64,000 nucleotides of DNA from Alphaproteobacteria bacterium (GTDB lineage: Bacteria; Pseudomonadota; Alphaproteobacteria; MPNO01). Location: positions 2,542,848 to 2,606,847 of the forward strand of contig CBDFLJ010000002.1 in NCBI GenBank assembly GCA_965248835.1, read 5' to 3'. This document shows, piece by piece, positions 35,665 to 47,615 of the stretch. How positions within the stretch are numbered: position 1 is the stretch's first letter; every line of letters begins with the position of its first letter. Position numbers and translations under genes: made by a program. The notes under the pieces were generated by a model. The model had not been told where the DNA came from. It searched no databases and saw only the letters and a list, made by a program, of their open reading frames with translations.

Positions 35665-37008
35665 ATGTTCGACAAGATCCTCATCGCCAACCGTGGAGAG
35701 GTGGCGCTGCGCATCCATCGCGCGTGCAAGGAGATGGGTATCCAGACGGTCGCCGTCCATTCGACCGCCGACAAGGACGCCATGCATGTCCGCCTCGCCG
35801 ATGAGAGCGTCTGCATCGGACCCCCGCCGGCGCGCCAGAGCTATCTGAACATCCCGGCGATCGTCTCCGCGGCGATGATTGCCAATGCCAACGCGATCCA
35901 TCCGGGATACGGCTTCCTGTCCGAGGATGCGAAGTTCGCCTCGATCGTCGAGGAGCACGGGCTGAGTTTCATCGGCCCGGCGCCCGAGCACATCGCGATG
36001 ATGGGCGACAAGGTCGCGGCCAAGAAGGCGATGATCGAAAACGGCGTGCCCGTCGTACCGGGCTCCGACGGCCCGGTCGAGGACGACGCCGCGGCCGGCG
36101 CCATAGCCGAGGAGATCGGCTACCCGGTGCTGGTCAAGGCGTCCGGCGGCGGCGGCGGGCGCGGCATGAAGGTCGCCGAGCAGCCTTCGATGCTGAGCGC
36201 CGCGCTCGGCATGGCGCGCGCCGAGGCCAAGGCCGCATTCCGCAACGATGCGGTCTATATCGAGAAGTTCCTCGACAACCCGCGCCACATCGAGGTGCAG
36301 ATACTGGCCGACGGCGAGGGCAAGGTGGTCCATTTGGGCGAGCGCGACTGCTCGCTTCAGCGGCGCCATCAGAAGATCCTCGAGGAGGCCGGATCGCCGG
36401 CGCTCAACGACGAGCAGCGCGCGGAGATCGGGCGCATCGCCTGCACCGCGATCGAGAAGCTCGGCTACCGCAACGCCGGCACGCTGGAATTTCTGTATCA
36501 GGACGGCCGGTTCTATTTCATCGAGATGAACACCCGGCTGCAGGTCGAGCACCCGGTGACCGAGATGATCACCGGGATCGATATCGTGCGCGAGCAGATC
36601 AGGGTGGCCGCCGGCCTGCCGCTGAGCTTCAGGCAGTCCGACATCACGTTCTCGGGCCATGCGATCGAGTGCCGGATCAACGCCGAATCGCCGGAGACCT
36701 TCACGCCCTCGCCCGGCCGGGTGAGCGAGTACCACGCGCCGGGCGGTCTCGGCGTGCGGATGGATTCCGGACTCTATGCCGGATACGTCGTGCCACCGAA
36801 CTATGACAGCTTGGTCGCCAAGCTCATCGTCCATGGAACCAACCGCAATGAATGCCTTATGCGGCTGCGCCGGGCTCTGCAGGAGTGCGTGATCAGCGGG
36901 ATCGAAACCACGCTGCCGCTGTTGGAACGGATCGTCGCCGCGCCCGATTTCGTCAACGGCGACTACGACATCAAATGGCTCGAGGCCTTCGTCGCCGACA
37001 GGGGGTGA
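35665..37008 (+). CDS. accC: Acetyl-CoA carboxylase biotin carboxylase subunit
   Basis: '[16 protein letters not shown]', 'HPGYGFLSE', '[12 protein letters not shown]', '[14 protein letters not shown]'. Confidence 0.97.
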   Translation: MFDKILIANRGEVALRIHRACKEMGIQTVAVHSTADKDAMHVRLADESVCIGPPPARQSYLNIPAIVSAAMIANANAIHPGYGFLSEDAKFASIVEEHGLSFIGPAPEHIAMMGDKVAAKKAMIENGVPVVPGSDGPVEDDAAAGAIAEEIGYPVLVKASGGGGGRGMKVAEQPSMLSAALGMARAEAKAAFRNDAVYIEKFLDNPRHIEVQILADGEGKVVHLGERDCSLQRRHQKILEEAGSPALNDEQRAEIGRIACTAIEKLGYRNAGTLEFLYQDGRFYFIEMNTRLQVEHPVTEMITGIDIVREQIRVAAGLPLSFRQSDITFSGHAIECRINAESPETFTPSPGRVSEYHAPGGLGVRMDSGLYAGYVVPPNYDSLVAKLIVHGTNRNECLMRLRRALQECVISGIETTLPLLERIVAAPDFVNGDYDIKWLEAFVADRG

Positions 37009-37012
37009 GACG

Positions 37013-37663
37013 GTGTCGAAGCTGACCACCGAGGTCCTGTTGCGCGCCTACTCGATGGGGCTGTTCCCGATGGCCGAGCGGCGCGACGACCCGACGCTGT
37101 ATTGGATCGATCCGGAAAAGCGCGGCATCCTTCCTCTGGACGGGTTCCACATCTCCCGCCGGCTCCGCAAGATCGTGCGCGCCGAAACCTTGGAGGTCCG
37201 CTGCGACACCGCCTTCGCCGCGGTGATCGAGGCCTGTGCGGAGCCGGGCCGCGGCAGGGAGGAGAGCTGGATCAACGCCGAGATCATCGCCCTTTATTGT
37301 GAGCTGCACATGATGGGCCGCGCCCATTCGGTGGAATGCTGGCAGGACGGTGCGCTCGTCGGCGGCCTGTACGGCGTCAGCCTCGGCGCGGCGTTTTTCG
37401 GGGAGAGCATGTTCTCGCGGGTCTCCGATGCCAGCAAGGTCGCGCTGGTCCATCTTCTGGCCCGGCTGCGGGCGGGCGGGTTCAGCCTGCTCGACGTGCA
37501 GTTCGTCACCCCGCATCTGGCCCGGTTCGGCGCCGTCGAGGTCCATCGCGCGGGCTATCGCCAGATGCTCGCCGATGCGCTCGACCGGCTGGGGACATTT
37601 CACCGGGAGATAACGCGTTCGGAGATCGAGGAGGTCTTGCAGTCCACCACCCAGACGTCATAG
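37013..37663 (+). CDS. aat: Leucyl/phenylalanyl-tRNA--protein transferase
   Basis: 'AYSMGLFPM', 'AHSVECW', 'GGLYGV', 'FFGESMFSR', 'ASKVAL'. Confidence 0.95.
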   Translation: MSKLTTEVLLRAYSMGLFPMAERRDDPTLYWIDPEKRGILPLDGFHISRRLRKIVRAETLEVRCDTAFAAVIEACAEPGRGREESWINAEIIALYCELHMMGRAHSVECWQDGALVGGLYGVSLGAAFFGESMFSRVSDASKVALVHLLARLRAGGFSLLDVQFVTPHLARFGAVEVHRAGYRQMLADALDRLGTFHREITRSEIEEVLQSTTQTS

Positions 37664-37989
37664 ATCGGGTGCTCGAGGCTGGACAAGGCGGGGCTCGATG
37701 CAAACATCCAGCCGCTGAACAGCCTGACCGGGCGCTCGCCCCTGCGCACCTCGTCGACCTCCAGGAACGCGGTGGTCTCGGGCGGCTCTTCGGGCGGGCG
37801 GGTGCGGCAGTATCGGACGACGATGTTCAGCGTTCCGAACCGCACCATGCCGTCGATCGGCGCCTCGATTGCGGAGATCCTGGCGGTGACCTTGTCGAGG
37901 CCCTGCAGGATCGCGACGGAGCCTTCGCTCTTTGCCGGGCCGGCGAGCAGCAACGAGGCCGCGAGCGCCGCGATCTGCCGCGCGGTCAT
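37600..37989 (-). CDS. DUF2155 family protein
   Basis: '[10 protein letters not shown]', '[28 protein letters not shown]'. Confidence 0.88.
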   Translation of the reverse strand: MTARQIAALAASLLLAGPAKSEGSVAILQGLDKVTARISAIEAPIDGMVRFGTLNIVVRYCRTRPPEEPPETTAFLEVDEVRRGERPVRLFSGWMFASSPALSSLEHPIYDVWVVDCKTSSISERVISR

Positions 37990-38774
37990 CGATCAGCCGA
38001 CACCGGCTTGACGGCGCGGAAGCGCAGCCTGACGTAATCGGCGATCCAGCCCCCGTCGGCCCAGCAGAGATCGGGCCTCAGCATCTCGCGGACCTCGTCG
38101 AGCAGGGCCGGCCTTGCGCCGGGCGCGAGCGCCAAAAGGACCGGCTCGGCGAAGGTCTCCAGCCAGGCGGCGATATCGCCGGGCAGCCTCGTCGGCCGAT
38201 CGATCAGCGCGATGGAGGTGACCGCGAAGCCGCGTGCGGCCAGCCGGTTACGGTAGTCCTCCACGGTCGGGAAGTACCACGGCAGCAGCGGAGCGGCATC
38301 GATCCCGCGCTTGGCCATGGCCGCGCCCAGGGCCTCGCGGATCCGCGCGACATTGCCGTGGCCGCCCATCTCGCCGACCAGCCGCCCGGCCAGCCGCAGC
38401 GCGCGCCACATGCCGTCGATCACCGCATCGGGCCGGGGCATCCAATGGAGCGCGGCATTGGTGAGGATCGCATCGAAAGCGCGATCGAAGGGCAGATCGT
38501 GGCCGTCGGCGATGCGCGCATCGAGGCCGCGCCGGCAGGCCGCGGCAACCTGCTCCGCGCTCGAATCCACGCCGATGACCGATGCGCAGCGCTCGGCGAG
38601 CATCGCCGTCAGCGCACCATCGCCGCAACCGAGGTCGAGGATCACCTCATGGGGCCGCGGGGCGAGGAGGTCCAGAAGGGGCGTGCCGAGGTCGGCCACG
38701 AACCGCGCGTTCCTGGCGTATCGGTCAGGATCCCAGTGCTGCGGTGCGGCAGGACCGTCCTCACCTGGGCTCAT
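37986..38774 (-). CDS. Class I SAM-dependent methyltransferase (Tam-like)
   Basis: 'ILDLGCGDG', 'FDAILTNAALHW', 'ADYVRLRF'. Confidence 0.88.
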   Translation of the reverse strand: MSPGEDGPAAPQHWDPDRYARNARFVADLGTPLLDLLAPRPHEVILDLGCGDGALTAMLAERCASVIGVDSSAEQVAAACRRGLDARIADGHDLPFDRAFDAILTNAALHWMPRPDAVIDGMWRALRLAGRLVGEMGGHGNVARIREALGAAMAKRGIDAAPLLPWYFPTVEDYRNRLAARGFAVTSIALIDRPTRLPGDIAAWLETFAEPVLLALAPGARPALLDEVREMLRPDLCWADGGWIADYVRLRFRAVKPVSADR

Positions 38775-39243
38775 CGGCTGCCGATTTGCCGCTTTTGCCG
38801 TCGCCGGCCTGGCTGAAAATAAGCTGACCAATCAGGGAGAACAGATCGACCGAGCCTTGGGTGGTCTCGATCTCGCCGCCAGGGGGGATTATCTCGTCCT
38901 CGCCACCGGGAGAAAGCGTCAGGTACTTCTCGCCGAGCAGCCCGTCGGCGGTGATCGAGGCCGAGGTATCCAGGGGCAGCTTGATCGCCCGATCGATGCT
39001 CATCGTCACCACTGCAAGATAGGTCTGCGGATCGATCGCCTGGGTCGTGACCGTGCCGATCTTGATTCCGCTCATTCTGACGTCGCTGCCCTCGTGGATC
39101 CCGTCGATCCGGTCGAACTTGGCCGAAATCGGGTAGCCGTCAACCGCCCCGATGTCGGCGGTGTTGTAGGCGAAGACGAAGAAGAACACCGCCACGACGA
39201 TGACCGCCGCGCCCATCAACGTCTCGATCAGATTCCTACCCAT
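38761..39243 (-). CDS. mlaD: Outer membrane lipid asymmetry maintenance protein MlaD (MCE domain)
   Basis: 'NLIETLMGA', 'FDRIDGI..GSDVRMSGIKIG', 'GLLGEKYLTLSPG'. Confidence 0.9.
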   Translation of the reverse strand: MGRNLIETLMGAAVIVVAVFFFVFAYNTADIGAVDGYPISAKFDRIDGIHEGSDVRMSGIKIGTVTTQAIDPQTYLAVVTMSIDRAIKLPLDTSASITADGLLGEKYLTLSPGGEDEIIPPGGEIETTQGSVDLFSLIGQLIFSQAGDGKSGKSAADEPR

Positions 39244-39317
39244 CGGGCGAGAGTCCCTTGTCGTTGGATCCCCTCATGCGTGCCGCCCGGCGGCCGGACG
39301 ATCGCCGCCGGTCCCGA

Positions 39318-39674
39318 TCACGGCGGGACCCAAGGCTCGTATTCGCTGTTGGCACGCTCGCGGCGCGCGCCCATGAGAACGTGGCCGGGCGGGCGATAGG
39401 CTTCCGCCGTCCCGGTCGCGTTTGGGCGGTGAGGCTTCTGCCAATCCCGTTTGGGGCTGCCGCCTTGGGGCGGCACGTCGTCGCAGGTGTGATGCAGCCA
39501 GGCGTGCCATTCCGGCGGAACGCGCGAGGCCTCCACGGTGCCGTTGTAGAGCACCCAGCGGCGCTCGCGCCGGCCGGACGGCGCCGATTTCTCCCGGTAG
39601 TAGCGGTTGCCGGCCTCGTCACGGCCGACATGCTCGCCCTTCAGCCAGGTGAAAATCCGCGTGCCGATCGTCAT
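39318..39674 (-). CDS. NADH:ubiquinone oxidoreductase subunit NDUFA12 family
   Basis: 'VGRDEAGNRYY', 'RRWVLY', 'VPPEWHAWLH', 'NATGT.EAYRP'. Confidence 0.92.
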   Translation of the reverse strand: MTIGTRIFTWLKGEHVGRDEAGNRYYREKSAPSGRRERRWVLYNGTVEASRVPPEWHAWLHHTCDDVPPQGGSPKRDWQKPHRPNATGTAEAYRPPGHVLMGARRERANSEYEPWVPP

Positions 39675-39862
39675 GGAACTCCTCGACGGGCGGCTGGCGG
39701 CGGCCCGGATGCCTCTTGGCCCCGTCAGCGGGTCGAGAATATTGCACTTGTCGGAAGTCCCGTCCAGCCTGACGGCAGCGGCTTGCCGCTTGCCGCTTGC
39801 CATCACTGCCGTGGCATCATTCAATGCCACCGCGATAGATCAATCGTGTTTTGGAGACGCAA

Positions 39863-40327
39863 ATGGCTGGCCGCATCGAAGCACGGCTGTCCGAGCTCGG
39901 GATCACCCTGCCGGAACCGGCGGTGCCGCAGGCGAACTACGTTCCCTTCGTGCGCACCGGCAACCAGCTATTCATCGCCGGCCAGGTGCCGAGCATTGCC
40001 GGCCAGACGATCACCGGCAAGCTCGGCGCGGGTACCGACATCGCCACCGGGCAGAAGGCCGCGCGGGCATGTGCGCTCAACCTCATCGCGCACGCCAGAA
40101 CCGCGTGCGAGGGCGATCTCGACCGCGTGGTCCGTTGGGTCAAGCTCGGCGGCTTCGTCCAGGGCACGCCCGACTTCACCGACGCGCCGCAGGTCGTCAA
40201 CGGCGCCTCGGACCTGATGGTCGAGGTGTTCGGGGATGCCGGCAAACACGCCCGGTTCGCGGTCGTGGTGGCCTGCTTGCCGCTCGATTCGGCAGTCGAG
40301 GTCGACGCGGTCCTCGAAATCCGCTAG
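39863..40327 (+). CDS. RidA/YjgF family protein (single domain)
   Basis: 'ANYVPFV', 'IAGQVP', 'VVNGASDLMVEVFG.AGKHARFAV', 'LPLDSAVEV'. Confidence 0.9.
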   Translation: MAGRIEARLSELGITLPEPAVPQANYVPFVRTGNQLFIAGQVPSIAGQTITGKLGAGTDIATGQKAARACALNLIAHARTACEGDLDRVVRWVKLGGFVQGTPDFTDAPQVVNGASDLMVEVFGDAGKHARFAVVVACLPLDSAVEVDAVLEIR

Positions 40328-40336
40328 GCACGAGAG

Positions 40337-41506
40337 ATGCCTGACGGCGGCGACCCGGTAACGATCAAAATCTTCGGCGGCATCGCCGAGGTCCCGCCGG
40401 AGGAATGGGATGCCTGCGCCGGCCCCGACAACCCTTTCGTCTCGCACGCCTTCCTCCGGGTTGCCGAGGAGAGCGGCTCGGCCTCGGCGCAGACCGGCTG
40501 GCTCCCACAGCATCTTGGGATCGAGGACGACCAGGGCCGGCTGATCGGCGCGGTGCCGTGCTTTCTGAAAAACCATTCCTACGGCGAGTATGTCTTCGAC
40601 TGGGGTTGGGCGGACGCCTTCGAGCGCGCCGGCGGAAAGTACTACCCCAAGCTCCAGGTCTCGGTGCCGTTCACCCCGGTGAGCGGGCCGCGGCTCCTGG
40701 TGCGGCCGGGCGCGGACGCCGGCCAGACCCGGATGATGCTGACCGCCGGGCTGGTCGAGCTCGCCAGGCAGCACGACGTGTCGTCCTTCCACATCACCTT
40801 CTGCGAGGAGGAGGAATGGCGCGGGCTGGGCGAGGCCGGCCTCTTGCAGCGGATGGGCCAGCAGTTCCATTGGCACAACCGGGGTTACGCGTGCTTCGAT
40901 GACTTCCTGGCCGCGCTGTCCTCGCGCAAGCGCAAGGCGATCCGCAAGGAGCGGCGTGAGGCCAACGACGGCGGCATCACGATCGAGACGCTCACCGGCG
41001 ACGCGCTGGAAGAGCGCCACATGGCGGCCTTCTACCGGTTCTACCTCAACACCGTGGACCGTAAATGGGCCCATGCCTATCTGAGCGAGCCGTTCTTCCA
41101 GCTTCTGCGTGAGCGAATGGCCGACCAGGTCGTGCTGGTCATGGCCTCGCAAGGCGGAAAATTTGTCGGCGGGGCGCTCAACCTGCGCGGGGCGGACACG
41201 CTCTATGGCCGTAACTGGGGCTGCAGCCACCGCTACCGGATGCTCTATTTCGAGGCCTGCTTCTACCGCGCCATCGATTTCGCCATCGCGCACGGCCTGG
41301 CCCGGGTCGAGGCCGGCGCCCAGGGTCCGCACAAGATCCAGCGCGGCTACCTGCCGAGCCCGACCTATTCCGCCCACTGGATCCGCGAGCCGCGGTTCCG
41401 CGAAGCCGTCGAGCATTTCCTCGGCCGCGAGCGCATCCTGGTCGGCCACGAGATGAAAGATCTCGGCGAGACCGGCCCCTACCGCAAGGACGGGCCGGCG
41501 GACTGA
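40337..41506 (+). CDS. GNAT/FemAB-like protein (DUF482)
   Basis: 'NPFVSHAFL', 'HSYGEYVFDWGWADA', 'YGRNWG', 'EAGAQGPHK.QRGY'. Confidence 0.9.
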   Translation: MPDGGDPVTIKIFGGIAEVPPEEWDACAGPDNPFVSHAFLRVAEESGSASAQTGWLPQHLGIEDDQGRLIGAVPCFLKNHSYGEYVFDWGWADAFERAGGKYYPKLQVSVPFTPVSGPRLLVRPGADAGQTRMMLTAGLVELARQHDVSSFHITFCEEEEWRGLGEAGLLQRMGQQFHWHNRGYACFDDFLAALSSRKRKAIRKERREANDGGITIETLTGDALEERHMAAFYRFYLNTVDRKWAHAYLSEPFFQLLRERMADQVVLVMASQGGKFVGGALNLRGADTLYGRNWGCSHRYRMLYFEACFYRAIDFAIAHGLARVEAGAQGPHKIQRGYLPSPTYSAHWIREPRFREAVEHFLGRERILVGHEMKDLGETGPYRKDGPAD

Positions 41507-41548
41507 GCCGGATCGCCTCAATTGGCATCGTTGGTGGAATCGTTGGGG

Positions 41549-42201
41549 TCAGGCGCCTTGTGCGGGTGTCCAGACGATGACCCGGATTGGCGTCGGGTTG
41601 TAATCGTTGACCGGGTTGTTGATCTGCGGGCAGTTGGAGATCACCGCCAACGTGTCGGTCTCGGCTAACAGCTCGACGTGGTTGCCGGGCTTGGAGAGGC
41701 TGGGGCCCATGTCCATCTCGCCGGTCTCGGCCACGGGCACATACATGAAGAAGTTGATGTTGGCGACGATGTCCGCCGCGCCCATGCCGTGCTTGGCAAG
41801 CTCGTGGAGGAAGTTGTCGCGGCAGTTGGGACCCGGCGCGGCGCCGTAGCGGAAGGCGTTGATCGCGTTGCTGCAGCAGCCGCCGATGGTGTCGTGGCGG
41901 CCGCAGGTGTCCACAACGATGGTCAGGAGCGGGGTCAGGCGGACGGAATAAAGCGTCGTGCCGGTCTCGAGGAAGATGCCGCGCTCGTTGACCTTCATCG
42001 TATCGGCCGCGGCATAGCGGTCGGCGTGGTCGTGAGCGTTGTAGCACAGGAAATCGACCGCCTGCCTGCCCTCCAGATCGATGATCCGAAGGTGCTGGCC
42101 GGCCTCGATCACCCGGCTCCACGAGGCCCGGGCGGCGATGGTGCTATCCTCCAGGACCGCGCCCGCGATGTCGTGTCCGGCCACCGCCCCGCCCGCGCGG
42201 C

Positions 42202-42205
<4 letters not shown>
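41549..42205 (-). CDS. Urea carboxylase-associated (DUF1989) family protein
   Basis: 'LRIIDLEGRQAVD', 'HDTIGGCC', 'NCRDNF', 'NINFFM', 'SNCPQINNP'. TTG start overlaps the clpA stop. Confidence 0.85.
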
Positions 42206-44550
<2,345 letters not shown>

Positions 44551-44554
44551 GACG

Positions 44555-44950
44555 CTAGGCCTTCTCGAGCGTGCACTGAAGGGGATGCTGATGCTGTCGA
44601 GCTAGATCCATCACCTGCGTTACCTTTGTTTCCGCGATTTCATAAGTGAAGACACCGCACACGCCGACCCCTCTCTGGTGTACGTGGAGCATAATGTGCG
44701 TGGCTTCCTCGTGGGTTTTGTTGAAGAATCTCTCAAGCACCATGACGACGAATTCCATCGGTGTATAGTCGTCATTGAGCATGATGACCTTATACATTGA
44801 CGGCTTTTTGACCTTGGGCTTGGGCTTGACGACGACGCCCGTTGCCGGACCTTGGTCCTGGCCATCGTCATCCCGGTCATCATCGCCTGCCGACCTCGCG
44901 GGATGTAGAGTTGCGAGACGGGTGATCATCAGCCTTACCTCCGATGCCAT
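44555..44950 (-). CDS. clpS: Clp protease adaptor ClpS
   Basis: '[17 protein letters not shown]', 'IMLHVHQRG', 'QHPLQCT'. Start uncertain. Confidence 0.95.
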   Translation of the reverse strand: MASEVRLMITRLATLHPARSAGDDDRDDDGQDQGPATGVVVKPKPKVKKPSMYKVIMLNDDYTPMEFVVMVLERFFNKTHEEATHIMLHVHQRGVGVCGVFTYEIAETKVTQVMDLARQHQHPLQCTLEKA

Positions 44951-45174
44951 GATATTGGATCACGGCAACGTTCGCAAAGCCGTTTCGCCGCGCCTGTGCG
45001 TCGATGCGGGGCCCGGAAGCGGGCCTGTTGCTTACCACACCCCGGCTTATCTTCCGATTGAACTTAATGCCCCAATAGTTCGATAAATTTGATATATTCG
45101 TGGAAGCTTGCCGGATAGAAGCCATCGCGCGGCCGGGCAAGCGGCGTCTAGGATCGTTGCAGAGTTAGCACCCG

Positions 45175-46371
45175 ATGGGGCCTGGGGATCGCCGAAAGCG
45201 CAAGGTTTTTGCCGCCGTGGCGGTATCGATGTTGGCGCTCGCCGCAATGCCGGCCCTGTCGACGGCGCCGGCCCTGGCGGGCTACGCCGCGATCGTGATC
45301 GACGCGGACACCGGCGCGGTGCTGCACGCGGTCAACGCCGATACCCGCAACTACCCGGCCTCGCTGACCAAGATGATGACCCTCTACCTGTTGTTTGAGC
45401 GAATCGGACAGCGGCGCCTGGGTCTGTCCGACCGGCTGCGGGTCTCCCGGCGGGCGGCGAGCCGGGCGCCGTCCAGTCTCGGCCTCCGCAAGGGCCAGCG
45501 AATCCCCGTGCGCGATGCGATCGGAACGCTGGTCACCAAATCGGCCAACGACGCCGCCACCGTGATCGCCGAGGCGGTCGGGGGCAGCGAGCGCCGGTTC
45601 GCCCGGATGATGACCGCCAAGGCGCACGCGCTCGGCATGTCGCACACGAATTTTCGCAATGCCTCCGGCCTGCCCGACAGGCGCCAGACCAGCACCGCAC
45701 GCGACATGGCGCGGCTGGCCAATGCCCTGTTGCGGGATTTCCCGCACCGGTATCCTTATTTCCGGTTGCAGTCCTACCTCTATGACGGCCGCAAATTCCA
45801 CAATCACAACCGCCTTCTGCGGTCCTACGACGGCATGGACGGGATCAAGACCGGCTATATCCGTGCCTCGGGATACAACATCGCCTCCTCGGCAACGCGC
45901 GACGGCAAGCGGCTTATCGCGGTGGTTTTCGGCGGCAGGTCGGCGCGCTGGCGCGACCGTCATGTGGCGCGGCTGCTCAACCGTGGCTTCGCCGCGCTAC
46001 GCGACGGCCGGCACGGCGGCCGCGTCATCCGCGGCTGGAACGTCCGCGCGGTCCCCTTGCCCAAGGCCAAGCCGATCCGGAAGCTGGTCGACAAGAACAT
46101 GTTGTGGGCGATCGAGATCGGCCGCTTCCATCAGTTCGCGCTGGCCCATCGGGCGATCACCAAGGCAGCCGATATCGTGCCGTCCCTGGTCAGCACGCCG
46201 ATCGCGATCCTCAGCGATGAGGACAGCGGCGGCCGGGTGGTGTTCCGGTCCCAGATCACCGGGCTCAGCGAGGCGGGCGCACGCCGCTCCTGCGATGCGC
46301 TGCAGCGTCGGAACTTCAGTTGCCTGCCGCTGCCGGGCAGCACCGGCGCCGTCATCCAGGGCAGCCGCTAA
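45175..46371 (+). CDS. D-alanyl-D-alanine carboxypeptidase (S11) with C-terminal SPOR-like domain
   Basis: SxxK 'PASLTKMMT', SxN 'SAND', 'IKTGY'. Start uncertain. Confidence 0.9.
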   Translation: MGPGDRRKRKVFAAVAVSMLALAAMPALSTAPALAGYAAIVIDADTGAVLHAVNADTRNYPASLTKMMTLYLLFERIGQRRLGLSDRLRVSRRAASRAPSSLGLRKGQRIPVRDAIGTLVTKSANDAATVIAEAVGGSERRFARMMTAKAHALGMSHTNFRNASGLPDRRQTSTARDMARLANALLRDFPHRYPYFRLQSYLYDGRKFHNHNRLLRSYDGMDGIKTGYIRASGYNIASSATRDGKRLIAVVFGGRSARWRDRHVARLLNRGFAALRDGRHGGRVIRGWNVRAVPLPKAKPIRKLVDKNMLWAIEIGRFHQFALAHRAITKAADIVPSLVSTPIAILSDEDSGGRVVFRSQITGLSEAGARRSCDALQRRNFSCLPLPGSTGAVIQGSR

Positions 46372-46820
46372 GGCGCGTTCCGAACATGCTGGACCGGCCC
46401 GGACTGGCGGCCGGTGAACGGCGCCCTGTGCCTGCGGGCAAAACCCGCCTTGTGCAGGCGTTGCCAAGTGTCCACGGTCCAGTCGCGATCGGTCGGCCGG
46501 GCGAGCCGGCTGGCGAGAAAAACCCGGGCGCCGAGCACGGTGCCGTCGGCCAGCCGCACGGGCCGGTCCGCGGCGACATATTCATCGCTCTCGAACGCGG
46601 CGAGGTTTGCCGCAGCCTGCCGATCGAGCCCCAGCGCCACAAGGCCCGCCACCTCGTGGCCGCGTGCGGGAACGACCACCGGGTAGGCGCGACCGCGCAG
46701 ATAGACCCGGCGGTATCGCGGCAAGACCGCCTGCAGCAAAGCGCGGCGCCCGATCCAGGCGCCCAGGATCCACGACCGCACATCGGCGTCCAGCAGCGTG
46801 CCATAGAAGAAATACCGCAT
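46368..46820 (-). CDS. Gamma-glutamylcyclotransferase (AIG2-like) family protein
   Basis: 'YFFYGTL', 'YPVVVP', 'LAAFESDEY'. Confidence 0.8.
   Translation of the reverse strand: MRYFFYGTLLDADVRSWILGAWIGRRALLQAVLPRYRRVYLRGRAYPVVVPARGHEVAGLVALGLDRQAAANLAAFESDEYVAADRPVRLADGTVLGARVFLASRLARPTDRDWTVDTWQRLHKAGFARRHRAPFTGRQSGPVQHVRNAP
46369..46394. repeat. Degenerate partial copy of the palindromic repeat at the DD-carboxypeptidase/GGCT stop overlap
   Basis: TAAGGCGCGTTCCGAACATGCTGGAC vs 24333-24358, 19/26 identical, including GTTCCGAACA. Confidence 0.45.
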
Positions 46821-46841
46821 CGTCGGGCGGGCGCAGGCGGC

Positions 46842-47579
46842 TCAGCGGACCTCCGCGGCCAGCCGGGCGCCGCGTGAGGCCATGAAATACAGCCCCAGAT
46901 GATGGCTCAGCGCCTGCGGGTGCGCGGCCGTGTCCGGCAGGCCGGCCGAAGCGGCGGCCTCCGCCGGCAGGTCGTAGGTCGCGCAACCGGGCTCGTAGAC
47001 CACGATCTCGACGAGCCCGGGCAGCAGCCCGTGGTTGCGCGCCGACAGCGCGGTGAGCACGAAGTCCATCACACAGATGTCGGTGCAGATGCCGACCACC
47101 AGCGCGCATTCGATCCGGTGGCGGCGGACCCATTCCGAGATCCGGTTCGCCCCGGACTCGGGGTCGATCGCGCCGACGAAGCCGTTGATGCAGTCCTTCT
47201 GGATCAGGCTCGCGTGTTCGCAGGACTCCAGCCAGGCAAGCTCGGGCACCAGCTCCTCCTGCCCGGTGCCGCGCTCGCAATGCGGCGGGTAGGGCGGCTC
47301 CGGCTTGCCCGGCTCGTGGGTGTCGAGAAAGACCGCGATCGGCCAGCCGTGCGCGGCGAACCGGCGCGCCAAACGGTCGGTCTCGGCGACCATCCCGGCG
47401 ACCTGGGCGTTGGGCGCGGGCGGGGCCAGTGGGCCGGCGCCCACGGTGGCGAAGCCGTTGACCTCGTCGACGATCACCAGCCCGGTGCGCTGGGCCCCGG
47501 CATCGAAGGGCGCGAGCGAAATCGGCATTTGGGCGCGCACCCCGGCCAGGACCGCATCCGCGCTCGCTGTCTCGCTCAT
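46842..47579 (-). CDS. Isochorismatase-family cysteine hydrolase, nicotinamidase-like
   Basis: 'IVDEVNGF', 'LDTH', 'PPHC..GT', 'KDCINGF', 'VGICTDICV'. Confidence 0.85.
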   Translation of the reverse strand: MSETASADAVLAGVRAQMPISLAPFDAGAQRTGLVIVDEVNGFATVGAGPLAPPAPNAQVAGMVAETDRLARRFAAHGWPIAVFLDTHEPGKPEPPYPPHCERGTGQEELVPELAWLESCEHASLIQKDCINGFVGAIDPESGANRISEWVRRHRIECALVVGICTDICVMDFVLTALSARNHGLLPGLVEIVVYEPGCATYDLPAEAAASAGLPDTAAHPQALSHHLGLYFMASRGARLAAEVR

Positions 47580-47615
47580 CCTCGCCTCCCGCCCGGACCC
47601 GCGCCGGGCCTTTCC

